Below are positions 50,940-64,000 of a stretch of 64,000 nucleotides of DNA, one piece after another. A program made the translations under genes and the position numbers. A model generated the notes under the pieces. The model was not told the DNA's origin. It was given only the letters and a program-made list of their open reading frames with translations, and did not search any database. This DNA is from Eledone cirrhosa (taxonomy: Eukaryota), in the NCBI GenBank assembly GCA_964016885.1, contig OZ024744.1, positions 115,444,001 to 115,508,000 on the forward strand, written 5' to 3'. Each line of letters begins with the position of its first letter. Position 1 is the first letter of the stretch.

Positions 50940-53900
50940 ACTGTCCCAGAGGTAAGAGATATACTGTAATGTAGTCTAGGATGTGTGTATGTAACACCAC
51001 TGTCCCAGATGTGGTAGCAGTACTGTAATGTAGTCTAGGATGTCTGTGTGTAACATCACTGTCCCCGATGTGGTAGCAGTACTGTAATGTAGTCTAGGAT
51101 GTCTGTATGTAACAACACTTTCCTAGATGTGGTAGCAGTACTGTAATGTAGTCTAGGATGTCTGTATGTAACACCACTGTCCCAGATGTGGTAGCAGTAC
51201 TGTAATGTGGTCTAGGATGTCTGTGTGTAACATCACTGTCCCCGATGTGGTAGCAGTACTGTAATGTAGTCTAGGATGTCTGTATGTAACAACACTTTCC
51301 TAGATGTGGTAGCAGTACTGTAATGTAGTCTAGGATGTCTGTATGTAACAACACTGTCCCAGATGTGGTAGCAGTACTGTAATGTAGTCTAGGATGTCTG
51401 TATGTAACTACACTGTCCTAGATCTGGTAACAGTACTGTAATGTGGTCTAGGATGTCTGTATGTAACAACACTGTACCAGATGTGGTAGCAGTACTGTAA
51501 TGTGGTCTAGCATGTCTGTATGTAACAACATTGTCCTAGATGTGGTAGCAGTAATGTAATGTAGTCTAGGATGTCTGTATATAACAACACTGTCCCAGAT
51601 GTGGTAGCAGTACTGTAATGTGGTCTAGGATGTCTGTATATAACAACACTGTCCCAGAGGTGGTAGCAGTACTGTAATGTGGTCTAGGATGTCTGTATAT
51701 AACAACACTGTCCCAGGTGTGGTAGCAGTACTGTAATGTGGTCTAGGATGTCTGTATGTAACAACACTGTACCAGATGTGGTAGTAGTACTGTAATGTGG
51801 TCTAGGATGTCGGTATATAACAACACTGTACTAGATGTGGTAGCAGTACTGCAATGTAGTCTAGGATGTCTGTATTTAACAACACTGTCCCAGGTGTGGT
51901 AGCAGTACTGTAATGTAGTCTAGGATGTCTGTATGTAACAACACTGTCCCAGATGTGGTAGCAGTACTGTAATGTGGTCTAGGATGTCTGTATGTAACAA
52001 CACTGTGCCAGATGTGGTAGCAGTACTGTAATGAGGTCTAGGATGTCTGTATGTAACAACACTGTCCCAGCTGTGGTAGCAGTACTGTAATGTGGTCTAG
52101 CATGTCTGTATGTAACAACATTGTCCTAGATGTGGTAGCAGTAATGTAATGTAGTCTAGGATGTCTGTATATAACAACACTGTCCTAGATGTGGTAGCAG
52201 TACTGTAATGTGGTCTAGGATGTCTGTATATAACTACACTGTCCCAGAGGTGGTAGCAGTACTGTAATGTGGTCTAGGATGTCTGTATATAACAACACTG
52301 TCCCAGAGGTGGTAGCAGTACTGTAATGTGGTCTAGGATGTCTGTATATAACAACACTGTCCCAGATGTGGTAGCAGTACTGTAATGAGGTCTAGGATGT
52401 CTGTGTGTAACAACACTGTCCCAGATGTGGTAGCAGTACTGTAATGTTGTCTAGTATGTCTGTATGTAACAACATTGTCCTAGATGTGGTAGCAGTAATG
52501 TAATGTAGTCTAGGATGTCTGTATATAACAACACTGTCCTAGATATGGTAGCAGTACTGTAATGTGGTCTAGGATGTCTGTATATAACAACACTGTCCCA
52601 GAGGTGGTAGCAGTACTGTAATGTGGTCTAGGATGTCTGTATATAACAACACTGTCCCAGAGGTGGTAGCAGTACTGTAATGTGGTCTAGGATGTCTGTA
52701 TATAACAACACTGTCCCAGATGTGGTAGCAGTACTGTAATGAGGTCTAGGATGTCTGTGTGTAACAACACTGTACTAGATGTGGTAGCAGTACTGTAATG
52801 TAGTATAGGATGTCTGTATTTAACAACACTTTCCCAGCTGTACCATATGTGGTAGCAGTACTGTAATGTGGCCTAGGATGTCTGTGTGTAACAACACTGT
52901 ACCAGATGTGGTAGCAGTACTGTAATGGTCTAGGATGTCTGTATATAACAACACTGTCCCAGAGGTGGTAGCAGTACTGTAATGTGGTCTAGGATGTCTG
53001 TATATAACAACACTGTCCCAGATGTGGTAGCAGTACTGTAATGAGGTCTAGGATGTCTGTGTGTAACAACACTGTACTAGATGTGGTAGCAGTACTGTAA
53101 TGTAGTATAGGATGTCTGTATTTAACAACACTTTCCCAGCTGTACCATATGTGGTAGCAGTACTGTAATGTGGCCTAGGATGTCTGTGTGTAACAACACT
53201 GTACCAGATGTGGTAGCAGTACAGTAATGTAGTCTAGGATGTCTGTGTGTAACATCACTGTCCCCGATGTGGTAGCAGTACTGTAATGTAGTCTAGGATG
53301 TCTGTATGTAACAACACTTTCCTAGATGTGGTAGCAGTACTGTAATGTAGTCTAGGATGTCTGTATGTAACACCACTGTCCCAGATGTGGTAGCAGTACT
53401 GTAATGTGGTCTAGGATGTCTGTGTGTAACATCACTGTCCCCGATGTGGTAGCAGTACTGTAATGTAGTCTAGGATGTCTGTATGTAACAACACTTTCCT
53501 AGATGTGGTAGCAGTACTGTAATGTAGTCTAGGATGTCTGTATGTAACAACACTGTCCCAGATGTGGTAGCAGTACTGTAATGTAGTCTAGGATGTCTGT
53601 ATGTAACTACACTGTCCTAGATCTGGTAACAGTACTGTAATGTGGTCTAGGATGTCTGTATGTAACAACACTGTACCAGATGTGGTAGCAGTACTGTAAT
53701 GTGGTCTAGCATGTCTGTATGTAACAACATTGTCCTAGATGTGGTAGCAGTACTGTAATGTGGTCTAGGATGTCTGTATATAACAACACTGTCCCAGAGG
53801 TGGTAGCAGTACTTTAATGTGGTCTAGGATGTCTGTATATAACAACACTGTCCCAGGTGTGGTAGCAGTACTGTAATGTGGTCTAGGATGTCTGTATGTA

Positions 53901-56900
53901 ACAACACTGTACCAGATGTGGTAGTAGTACTGTAATGTGGTCTAGGATGTCGGTATATAACAACACTGTACTAGATGTGGTAGCAGTACTGCAATGTAGT
54001 CTAGGATGTCTGTATTTAACAACACTGTCCCAGGTGTGGTAGCAGTACTGTAATGTAGTCTAGGATGTCTGTATGTAACAACACTGTCCCAGATGTGGTA
54101 GCAGTACTGTAATGTTGTCTAGTATGTCTGTATGTAACAACATTGTCCTAGATGTGGTATCAGTAATGTAATGTAGTCTAGGATGTCTGTATATAACAAC
54201 ACTGTCCTAGATGTGGTAGCAGTACTGTAATGTGGTCTAGGATGTCTGTATATAACTACACTGTCCCAGAGGTGGTAGCAGTACTGTAATGTGGTCTAGG
54301 ATGTCTGTATATAACAACACTGTCCCAGAGGTGGTAGCAGTACTGTAATGTGGTCTAGGGTGTCTGTATGTAACAACACTGTCCCAGGTGTTGTAGCAGT
54401 ACTGTAATGTGGTCTAGGATGTCTGTATATAACAACACTGTCCCAGATGTGGTAGCAGTACTGTAATGAGGTCTAGGATGTCTGTGTGTAACAACACTGT
54501 CCCAGATGTGGTAGCAGTACTGTAATGTTGTCTAGTATGTCTGTATGTAACAACATTGTCCTAGATGTGGTAGCAGTAATGTAATGTAGTCTAGGATGTC
54601 TGTATATAACAACACTGTCCTAGATGTGGTAGCAGTACTGTAATGTGGTCTAGGATGTCTGTATATAACAACACAGTCCCAGAGGTGGTAACAGTACTGT
54701 AATGTGGTCTAGGATGTCTGTATATAACAACACTGTCCCAGAGGTGGTAGCAGTACTGTAATGTGGTCTAGGATGTCTGTATATAACAACACTGTCCTAG
54801 ATGTGGTAGCAGTACTGTAATGAGGTCTAGGATGTCTGTGTGTAACAACACTGTACTAGATGTGGTAGCAGTACTGTAATGTAGTATAGGATGTCTGTAT
54901 TTAACAACACTTTCCCAGGTGTGGTAGCAGTACTGTAATGTAGTCTAGGATGTCTGTATATAACATCACTGTCCCAGATGTGGAAGCAGTACTGTAATGT
55001 AGTCTAGGATGTCTGTATGTAACAACACTACCAGATGTGGTAGCAGTACTGAAATGTGGTCTAGGATGTCTGTATATAACAACACTGTCCCAGATGTGGT
55101 AGCAGTACTGTAATGTGGTCTAGGATGTCACTATGTAACAACAGTGTACCAGATGTGGTAGCAGTACTGTAATGTGGTCTAGGATGTCTGTATGTAACTA
55201 CACTGTCCGAGATGTGGTAGCAGTACTGTAATGTGGTCTAGGATGTCTGTATGTAACAACACTATCCTAGGTGTGGTAGCAGTACTGTAATGTGGTCTAG
55301 GATGTCTGTATATAACAACACTGTCCCAGATGTGTTAGCAGTACTGTAATGTGCTCTAGGATGTCTGTATATAACAACACTGTCCCAGATGTGTTAGCAG
55401 TACTGTAATGTAGTCTAGGATATCTGTATGTAACAACACTGTCCCAGATGTGGTAGCAGTACTGTAATGTGGTCTAGGATGTCTGTATGTAACGTCACTG
55501 TCCCAGATGTGGTAGCAGTACTGTAATGTAGTCTAGGATGTCTGTATATAACAACACTGTACCAGATGTGGTAGCAGTACTGTAATGTGGTCTAGGATGT
55601 CTGTATGTAACAACACTGTCCCAGATGTGGTAGTAGTACTGTAATGTGGTCAAGGATGTCTGTATGTAACAACACTGTACTAGATGTGGTAGCAGTACTG
55701 TAATGTGGCCTAGGATGTCTGTGTGTAACAACACTGTCCTAGATGTGGTAGCAGTACTGTAATGTGGTCTAGGATGTCTGTATATAACAACACTGTCCCA
55801 GATGTGGTAGCAGTACTGTAATGTGGTCTAGGATGTCTGTATGTAACAACACTGTACCAGATGTGGTAGCAGTACTGTAATGTGGTCTAGGATGTCTGTA
55901 TGTAACAACACTGTACCAGAAGTGGTAGCAGTACTGTAATGTGGTCTAGGATGTCTGTATGTAACAACACTGTTCCAGATGTGGTAGTAGTACTGTAATG
56001 TGGGCTAGGATGTCTGTATGTAACAACACTGTCCCAGATATGGTAGCAGTACAGTAATGTAGTCTAGGATGTCTGTATGTAACAACACTGTCCTAGATGT
56101 GGTAGCAGTACTGTAATGTAGTCTAGGATGTCTGTATATAACAACACTGTACCAGATGTGGTAGCAGTACTGTAATGTGGTCTAGGATGTCTGTGTGTAA
56201 CAACACTGTCCCAGATGTGGTAGTACTACTGTAATGTGGTCTAGGATGTCTGTATGTAACAACACTGTACCAGATGTGGTAGCAGTACTGTAATGTGGCC
56301 TAGGATGTGTGTGTAACAACACTGAACCAGATGTGGTAGCAATACTGTAATGTGGTCTAGGATGTCTGTATGTAACAACACTGTCCCACATGTGGTAGCA
56401 GTACTGTAATGTGGTGTAGGATGTCTGTATATAACAACACTGTCCCAGATGTGGTAGCAGTACTGTAATGAGGTCTAGGATGTCTGTATGTAACAACACT
56501 GTCCCACATGTGGTAGCAGTACTGTAATGTTGTCTAGAATGTCTGTATATAACAACACTGTACCAGATGTGGTAGTAGTACTGTAATGTGGTCGAGGATG
56601 TTGGTATATAACAATACTGTACTAGATGTGGTAGCAGTACTGTAATGTAGTCTAGGCTGTCTGTATGTAACAACACTGTACCAGATATGGTAGCAGTACT
56701 GTAATGTAGTCTAGGATGTCTGTATGTAACGACACTGTACCAGATGTGGTAGTAGTACTGTAATGTAGTCTAGGATGTCTGTATGTAACAACACTGTCCT
56801 AGATGTGGTAGCAGTACTGTAATGTAGTCTAGGATGTCTGTATATAACAACACTGTCCCAGATGTGGTAGCAGTACTGTAATGTGGTCTAGGATGTCTGT

Positions 56901-59900
56901 ATATAACAACACTGTCCCAGAGGTGGTAGCAGTACTGTAATGTAGTCTAGGATGTCTGTATGTAACAACACTGTCCCAGATGTGGTAGCAGTACTGTAAT
57001 GTAGTCTAGGATGTCTGTATGTAACAACACTGTCCTAGATGTGGTAGCAGTACTGTAATGTAGTCTAGGATGTCTGTATATAACATCACTGTCCCAGATG
57101 TGGAAGCAGTACTGTAACGTGGTCTAGGATGTCTGTATGTAACAACACTGTACCAGATGTGGTAGCAGTACTGAAATGTGGTCTAGGATGTCTGTATATA
57201 ACAACACTGTACCAGATGTGGTAGCAGTACTGTAATGTGGTCTAGGCTGTCACTATGTAACAACAGTGTACCAGATGTGGTAGCAGTACTGTAATGTGGT
57301 CTAGGATGTCTGTATGTAACTACACTGTCCGAGATGTGGTAGCAGTACTGTAATGTGGTCTAGGATGTCTGTATATAACAACACTGTCCCAGATGTGGTA
57401 GCAGTACTGTAATGTAGTCTAGGATATCTGTATATAACAACACTGTACCAGATGTGGTAGCAGTACTGTAATGTGGTCTAGGATGTCTGTATGTAACAAC
57501 ACTGTCCTAGATGTGGTAGCAGTACTGTAATGTGGTCTAGTATGTCTGTATGTAACAACACTGTACCAGATGTGGTAGCAGTACTGTAATGTGGTCTAGG
57601 ATGTCTGTGTGTAACAACACTGTCCCAGTTGTGGTAGCAGTACTGTAATGTGCTCTAGGATGTCTGTATGTGACAACACTGTACCAGATGTGGTAGCAGT
57701 ACTGTAATGTAGTCTAGGATGTATGTATGTAACAACACTGTCCTAGATGTGGTAGCAGTACTGTAATGTGGTCTAGGATGTCTGTATGTAACAACACTGT
57801 CCTAGTTGTGGTAGTAGTACTGTAATGTGGTCTAGGATATCTGTATGTAACAACACTGTCCCAGATGTGTTGGCAGTACTGTAACGTAGTCTAGGATATC
57901 TGTATGTAACAACACTGTCCCAGATGTGGTAGCAGTACTGTATTGTGGTGTAGCATGTCTGTATGTAACTACACTGTCCCAGATATGGTAGCAGTACTGT
58001 AATGTAGTCTAGGATGTCATTATATAACAACACTGTCCCAGATGTGGTAGCAGTACTGTAATGTGGTTTAGGATGTCTGTAAGTAACAACACTGTCCCAG
58101 ATGGTATAGCAGTACTGTAATGTACTCTAGGATATCTGTATGTAACAACACTGTTCCAGATGTGGTAGCAGTACTGTAATGTGGTCTAGGATGTCTGTAT
58201 ATAACAACACTGTCCCAGATGTGGTAGCAGTACTGTAATGTGGTCTAGGATGTCACTATGTAAGAACAGTGTACCAGATGTGGTAGCAGTACTTTAATGT
58301 GGTCTAGGATGTCTGTATGTAACAACACTGTCCCAGATGTGGTAGCAATGCTGTAATGTTGTCTAGGATGTCTGTATGTAACAACACTGTCCCAGATGTG
58401 GTAGCAGTACTGTAATGTAGTCTAGGATGTCTGTATGTAACAACACTGTCCCAGATGTGGTAGCAGTACTGTAATGTAGTCTAGGATGTCTGTATATAAC
58501 AACACTGTACCAGATGTGGTAGCAGTACTGTAATATAGTCTAGGATGTCTGTATGTAACAACACTGTCCCAGATGTGGTAGCAATGCTGTAATGTTGTCT
58601 AGGATGTCTGTATGTAACAACACTGTCCCAGATGTGGTAGCAGTACTGTAATGTGGTCTAGGATGTCACTATGTAACAACAGTGTACCAGATGTGGTAGC
58701 AGTACTGTAATGTGGTCTAGGATGTCTGTATGTAACAACACTGTACCAGATGTGGTAGCAGTACTGTAATGTGATCTAGGATGTCTGTATGTAACAACAC
58801 TGTCCTAGATGTGGTAGCAGTACTGTAATGTGGTCTAGGATGTCTGTATATAACAACACAGTCCTAGATATGGTAGCAGTACTGTAATGTAGTCTAGGAT
58901 ATCTTTATATAACAACACTGTCCTAGATGTGGTAGCAGTACTGTAATGTGGTCTAGGATGTCTGTATATAACAAACGGTCCCAGATGTGGTAGTAGTACA
59001 GTAATGTGGTCTAGGATGTCTGTATGTAAGAACACTATACCAGATGTGGTAGCAGTACTGTAATGCAGTTTAGTATGTCTGTATGTAACAACACTGTCCC
59101 AGATGTGGTAGCAGTACTGTAATGTAGTCTAGGATGTCTGTATGTAACAACACTGTACCAGATGTGGTAGCAGTACTGTAATATGGTCTAGGATGTCTGT
59201 ATGTAACAACACTGTCCTAGATTTGGTAGCAGTAGTGTAATGTGGTCTAGGATGTCTGTATGTAACAACAATACTGTCCCAGATTGGTAGCACTACTTTA
59301 ATATGGTCTAGGATGTCTGCATATAACACTGTCCCAGGCGTGGAAGCAGTACTGTAATGAGGTCTAGGGTGTCTGTATGTAACGACACTGTCCCAGCTGT
59401 GGTAGCAGTACCTTAATGTAGTCTAGGATATCTGTATATAAAACTGTCCCGGATGTGGTAGCAGTACATTAATGTGGTCTAGGTTGTCTGTATATAACAA
59501 CACTGTACCAGATGTGGTAGCAGTACTGTAATGTAGTCTAGGATGTCTGTATATAACAACACTGTCCCAGGTGTGGTACCAATACTGTAATGTGGTCTAG
59601 GATGTCTGTATGTAACAACACTGTCCCAGATGTGGAAACAGTACTGTAATGTAGTCTAGGATGTCTGTATATAACAACACTGTCCCAGCTGTGGTAGCAG
59701 TACTGTAATGTGGTCTAGAATGTCTGTATATAAAACTGTCCCGGATGTGGGAGCAGTACATTAATGTGGTCTAGTATGTCTGTATGTAACAACACTGTCC
59801 CAGCTGTGGTAGCAGTACTGTAATGTAGTCTAGTATGGCTGTATGTAACAACACTGTCCCAGATGTGGTAGCAGTACTGTAATGTGGTCTAGGATGTCTG

Positions 59901-62900
59901 TATGTAACAACAGTGTCCCAGATGTGGTAGCAGTACTGTAATGTGGTCTAGGATGTCTGTATGTAACAACACTGTCCTAGGTGTGGTAGCAGTACTGTAA
60001 TGTGGTCTAGGATGTCTGTATATAACAACACTGTCCCAGATGTGGTAGCAGTACTGTAATGTAGTCTAGTATGTCTGTATATAACAACACTGTCCTAGAT
60101 GTGGTAGCAGTAATGTAATGTGGTCTAGCATGTCTGTATATAACAACACTGTCCCAGATGTCATAGCAGTACTGTAATGTGGTCTAGGATGTCTCTATGT
60201 AACAACACTGTCCCAGATGTGGTAGCAGTACTGTAATGTAGTCTAGGATGTCTGTATATAACAACACTGTCCCAGATGTGGTAGCAGTACTGTAATGTGG
60301 TCTACGATGTCTGTATGTAACTACACTGTCCGAGATGTGGTAGCAGTACTGTAATGTGGTCTAGGATGTCTGTATGTAACTACACTGTCCCAGATGTGGT
60401 AGCAGAACTGTAATGTGGTCTAGGATGTCTGTATGTAACTACACTGTCCCAGATGTGGTAGCAGTACTGTAATGTGGTCTAGGATGTCACTATGTAACAA
60501 CAGTGTACCAGATGTGGTAGCAGTACTGTAATGTGGTCTAGGATGTCTGTATGTAACAACACTGTACCAGATGTGGTAGCAGTACTGTAATGTGGTCTAG
60601 GATGTCACTATGTAACAACAGTGTACCAGATGTGGTAGCAGTACTGTAATGTGGTCTAGGATGTCTGTATGTAACAACACTGTACCAGATGTGGTAGCAG
60701 TACTGTAATGTAGTCTAGGATGTCTGTATCTAACACCACTGTACCAGATGTGGTAGCAGTACTGTAATGTGGTCTAGGATGTCTGTATGTAACAACACTG
60801 TCCCAGATGTAGTAGCAGTACTGTAATGTGGTCTAGGATGTCTGTATATAACAACACTGTCCCACATGTGGTAGCAGTACTGTAATGTGGTGTAGTATGT
60901 CTGTATATAACAACACTGTCCCAGATGTGGTAGCAGTACTGTAATGAGGTCTAGGATGTCTGTATGTAACAACACTGTCCCACATGTGGAAGCAGTACTG
61001 TAATGTTGTCTAGGATGTCTGTATATAACAACACTGTACCAGATGCGGTAGTAGTACTGTAATGTGGTCGAGGATGTTGGTATATAACAATACTGTACTA
61101 GATGTGGTAGCAGTACTGTAATGTAGTCTAGGATGTCTGTATTTAACAACACTGTACCAGATGTGGTAGCAATACTGTAATGTAGTCTAGGCTGTCTGTA
61201 TGTAACAACACTGTACCAGATATGGTAGCAGTACTGTAATGTAGTCTAGGATGTCTGTATGTAACGACACTGTACCAGATGTGGTAGTAGTACTGTAATG
61301 TAGTCTAGGATGTCTGTATGTAACAACACTGTCCTAGATGTGGTAGCAGTACTGTAATGTAGTCTAGGATGTCTGTATATAACAACACTGTCCCAGATGT
61401 GGTAGCAGTACTGTAATGTAGTCTAGGATGTCTGTATATAACATCACTGTCCCAGATGTGGAAGCAGTACTGTAATGTAGTCTAGGATGTCTGTATATAA
61501 CAACACTGTCCCAGATGTGGTAGCAGTACTGTAATGTGGTCTACGATGTCTGTATGTAACTACACTGTCCGAGATGTGGTAGCAGTACTGTAATGTTGTC
61601 TAGGATGTCTGTATGTAACGACACTGTACCAGATGTGGTAGTAGTACTGTAATGTAGTCTAGGATGTCTGTATGTAACAACACTGTCCTAGATGTGGTAG
61701 CAGTACTGTAATGTAGTCTAGGATGTCTGTATGTAACAACACTGTCCTAGATGTGGTAGCAGTACTGTAATGTGGTCTAGGATGTCTGTATATAACAACA
61801 CTGTCCCAGATGTGGTAGCAGTACTGTAATGTAGTCTAGGATGTCTGTATTTAACAACACTGTACCAGATGTGGTAGCAGTACTGTAATGTAGTCTAGGC
61901 TGTCTGTATGTAACAACACTGTACCAGATATGGTAGCAGTACTGTAATGTAGTCTAGGATGTCTGTATGTAACGACACTGTACCAGATGTGGTAGTAGTA
62001 CTGTAATGTAGTCTAGGATGTCTGTATGTAACAACACTGTCCTAGATGTGGTAGCAGTACTGTAATGTAGTCTAGGATGTCTGTATATAACAACACTGTC
62101 CCAGATGTGGTAGCAGTACTGTAATGTAGTCTAGGATGTCTGTATATAACATCACTGTCCCAGATGTGGAAGCAGTACTGTAACGTGGTCTAGGATGTCT
62201 GTATGTAACAACACTGTACCAGATGTGGTAGCAGTACTGAAATGTGGTCTAGGATGTCTGTATATAACAACACTGTACCAGATGTGGTAGCAGTACTGTA
62301 ATGTGGTCTAGGCTGTCACTATGTAACAACAGTGTACCAGATGTGGTAGCAGTACTGTAATGAGGTCTAGGATGTCTGTATGTAACAACACTGTCCCAGA
62401 TGTGGTAGCAGTACTGTAATGTGGTCTAGGATGTCTGTATGTAACTACACTGTCCCAGATGTGGTAGCAGTACTGTAATGTGGTCTAGGATGTCTGTATG
62501 TAACAACACTGTCCCAGATGTGGTAGCAGTACTGTAATGAGGTCTAGGATGTCTGTATGTAACAACACTGTCCCAGATGTGGTAGCAGTACTGTAATGTG
62601 GTCTAGGATGTCTGTATGTAACTACACTGTCCGAGATGTGGTAGCAGTACTGTAATGTGGTCTAGGATGTCTGTATATAACAACACTGTCCCAGATGTGT
62701 TAGCAGTACTGTAATGTAGTCTAGGATATCTGTATATAACAACACTGTACCAGATGTGGTAGCAGTACTGTAATGTGGTCTAGGATGTCTGTATGTAACA
62801 ACACTGTCCTAGATGTGGTAACAGTAGTGTAATGTGGTCTAGTATGTCTGTATGTAACAACACTGTACCAGATGTGGTAGCAGTACTGTGATGTGGTCTA

Positions 62901-64000
62901 GGATGTCTGTGTGTAACAACACTGTCGCAGATGTGGTAGCAGTACTGTAATGTGGTCTAGGATGTCTGTATGTGACAACACTGTACCAGATGTGGTAGCA
63001 GTACTGTAATGTAGTCTAGGATGTATGTATGTAACAACACTGTCCTAGATGTGGTAGCAGTACTGTAATGTGGTCTAGGATGTCTGTATGTAACAACACT
63101 GTCCTAGTTGTGGTAGTAGTACTGTAATGTGGTCTAGGATATCTGTATGTAACAACACTGTCCCAGATGTGTTGGCAGTACTGTAACGTAGTCTAGGATA
63201 TCTGTATGTAACAACACTGTCCCAGATGTGGTAGCAGTACTGTATTGTGGTGTAGCATGTCTGTATGTAACTACACTGTCCCAGATATGGTAGCAGTACT
63301 GTAATGTAGTCTAGGATGTCACTATGTAACAACACTGTCCCAGATGTGGTAGCAGTACTGTAATGTGGTCTAGGATGTCTGTATGTAACAACACTGTCCT
63401 AGATGAGGTAGCAGTACTGTAATGTGGTCTAGGATGTCTCTATGTAACAACACTGTCCTAGATGTGGTAGCAGTACTGTAATGTGGTCTAGGACGTCTCT
63501 ATGTAACAACACTGTCCTAGATGTGGTAGCAGTACTGTAATGTAGTCTAGGATGTCTCTTTCTAACAACACTGTCCTAGATGTGGTAGCAGTACTGTAAT
63601 GTGGTCTAGGATGTCTCTTTCTAACAACACTGTCCCAGGTGTGGTAGCAATACTGTAATGTGGTCTAGGATGTCTGTATGTAACAACACTGTCCCAGATG
63701 TGGAAGCAGTACTGTAATGTAGTCTAGGATGTCTGTATATAACAACACTGTCCCAGATCTGGTAGCAGTACTGTAATGTGGTCTAGGGTGTCTGTATGTA
63801 ACGACACTGTCCCAGCTGTGGTAGCAGTACTGTAATGTGGTCTAGAATGTCTGTATATAAAACTGTCCCGGATGTCGGAGCAGTACATTAATGTGGTCTA
63901 GTATGTCTGTATGTAACAACACTGTCCCAGCTGTGGTAGCAGTACTGTAATGTAGTCTAGTATGGCTGTATGTAACAACACTGTCCCAGATGTGGTAGCA
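50940..64000. repeat. 59-bp satellite array (~220 monomers, runs off the right edge)
   Basis: Consensus GTGGTAGCAGTACTGTAATGTGGTCTAGGATGTCTGTATGTAACAACACTGTCCCAGAT (59 nt). Confidence 0.98.

Noticed and set aside
55495-63335. Minus-strand ORFs of 66-164 aa in the 59-bp array
   Set aside because: A 59-bp period cycles through all frames; the ORFs are stop-loss artefacts.

Overview
Eukaryotic genomic DNA, probably an octopus or other cephalopod judging by its SINE, MITE and RTE repeat families (recognised from memory, not by search). It holds five phase-compatible minus-strand coding exons (50524-50672, 41945-42060, 37949-38238, 37231-37377, 33450-33647) of a probable synergin-gamma (SYNRG, AP-1 accessory protein) gene whose start and end lie outside the window. 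Its introns are filled by tandem arrays: a 96-bp satellite (1-~33390 and ~34432-35791), a 59-bp satellite (~50940-64000), two mutually inverted 64/65-bp arrays, and 86-, 79-, 56- and 35-bp minisatellites, plus CR1- and RTE-type LINE fragments, SINEs and MITEs. Main observation: three arrays appear amplified from RTE retrotransposon coding sequence. The 96-mer is exactly 32 codons of the 'LHGSETW...ERNEASM' region, the 65-mer is the 'GHVVRM' region, and the 35-mer sits in the endonuclease domain. The two 65-mer arrays are inverted and bracket three exons, so the pre-mRNA could form a ~1 kb dsRNA. Nearly all short ORFs in the supplied track are repeat artefacts.
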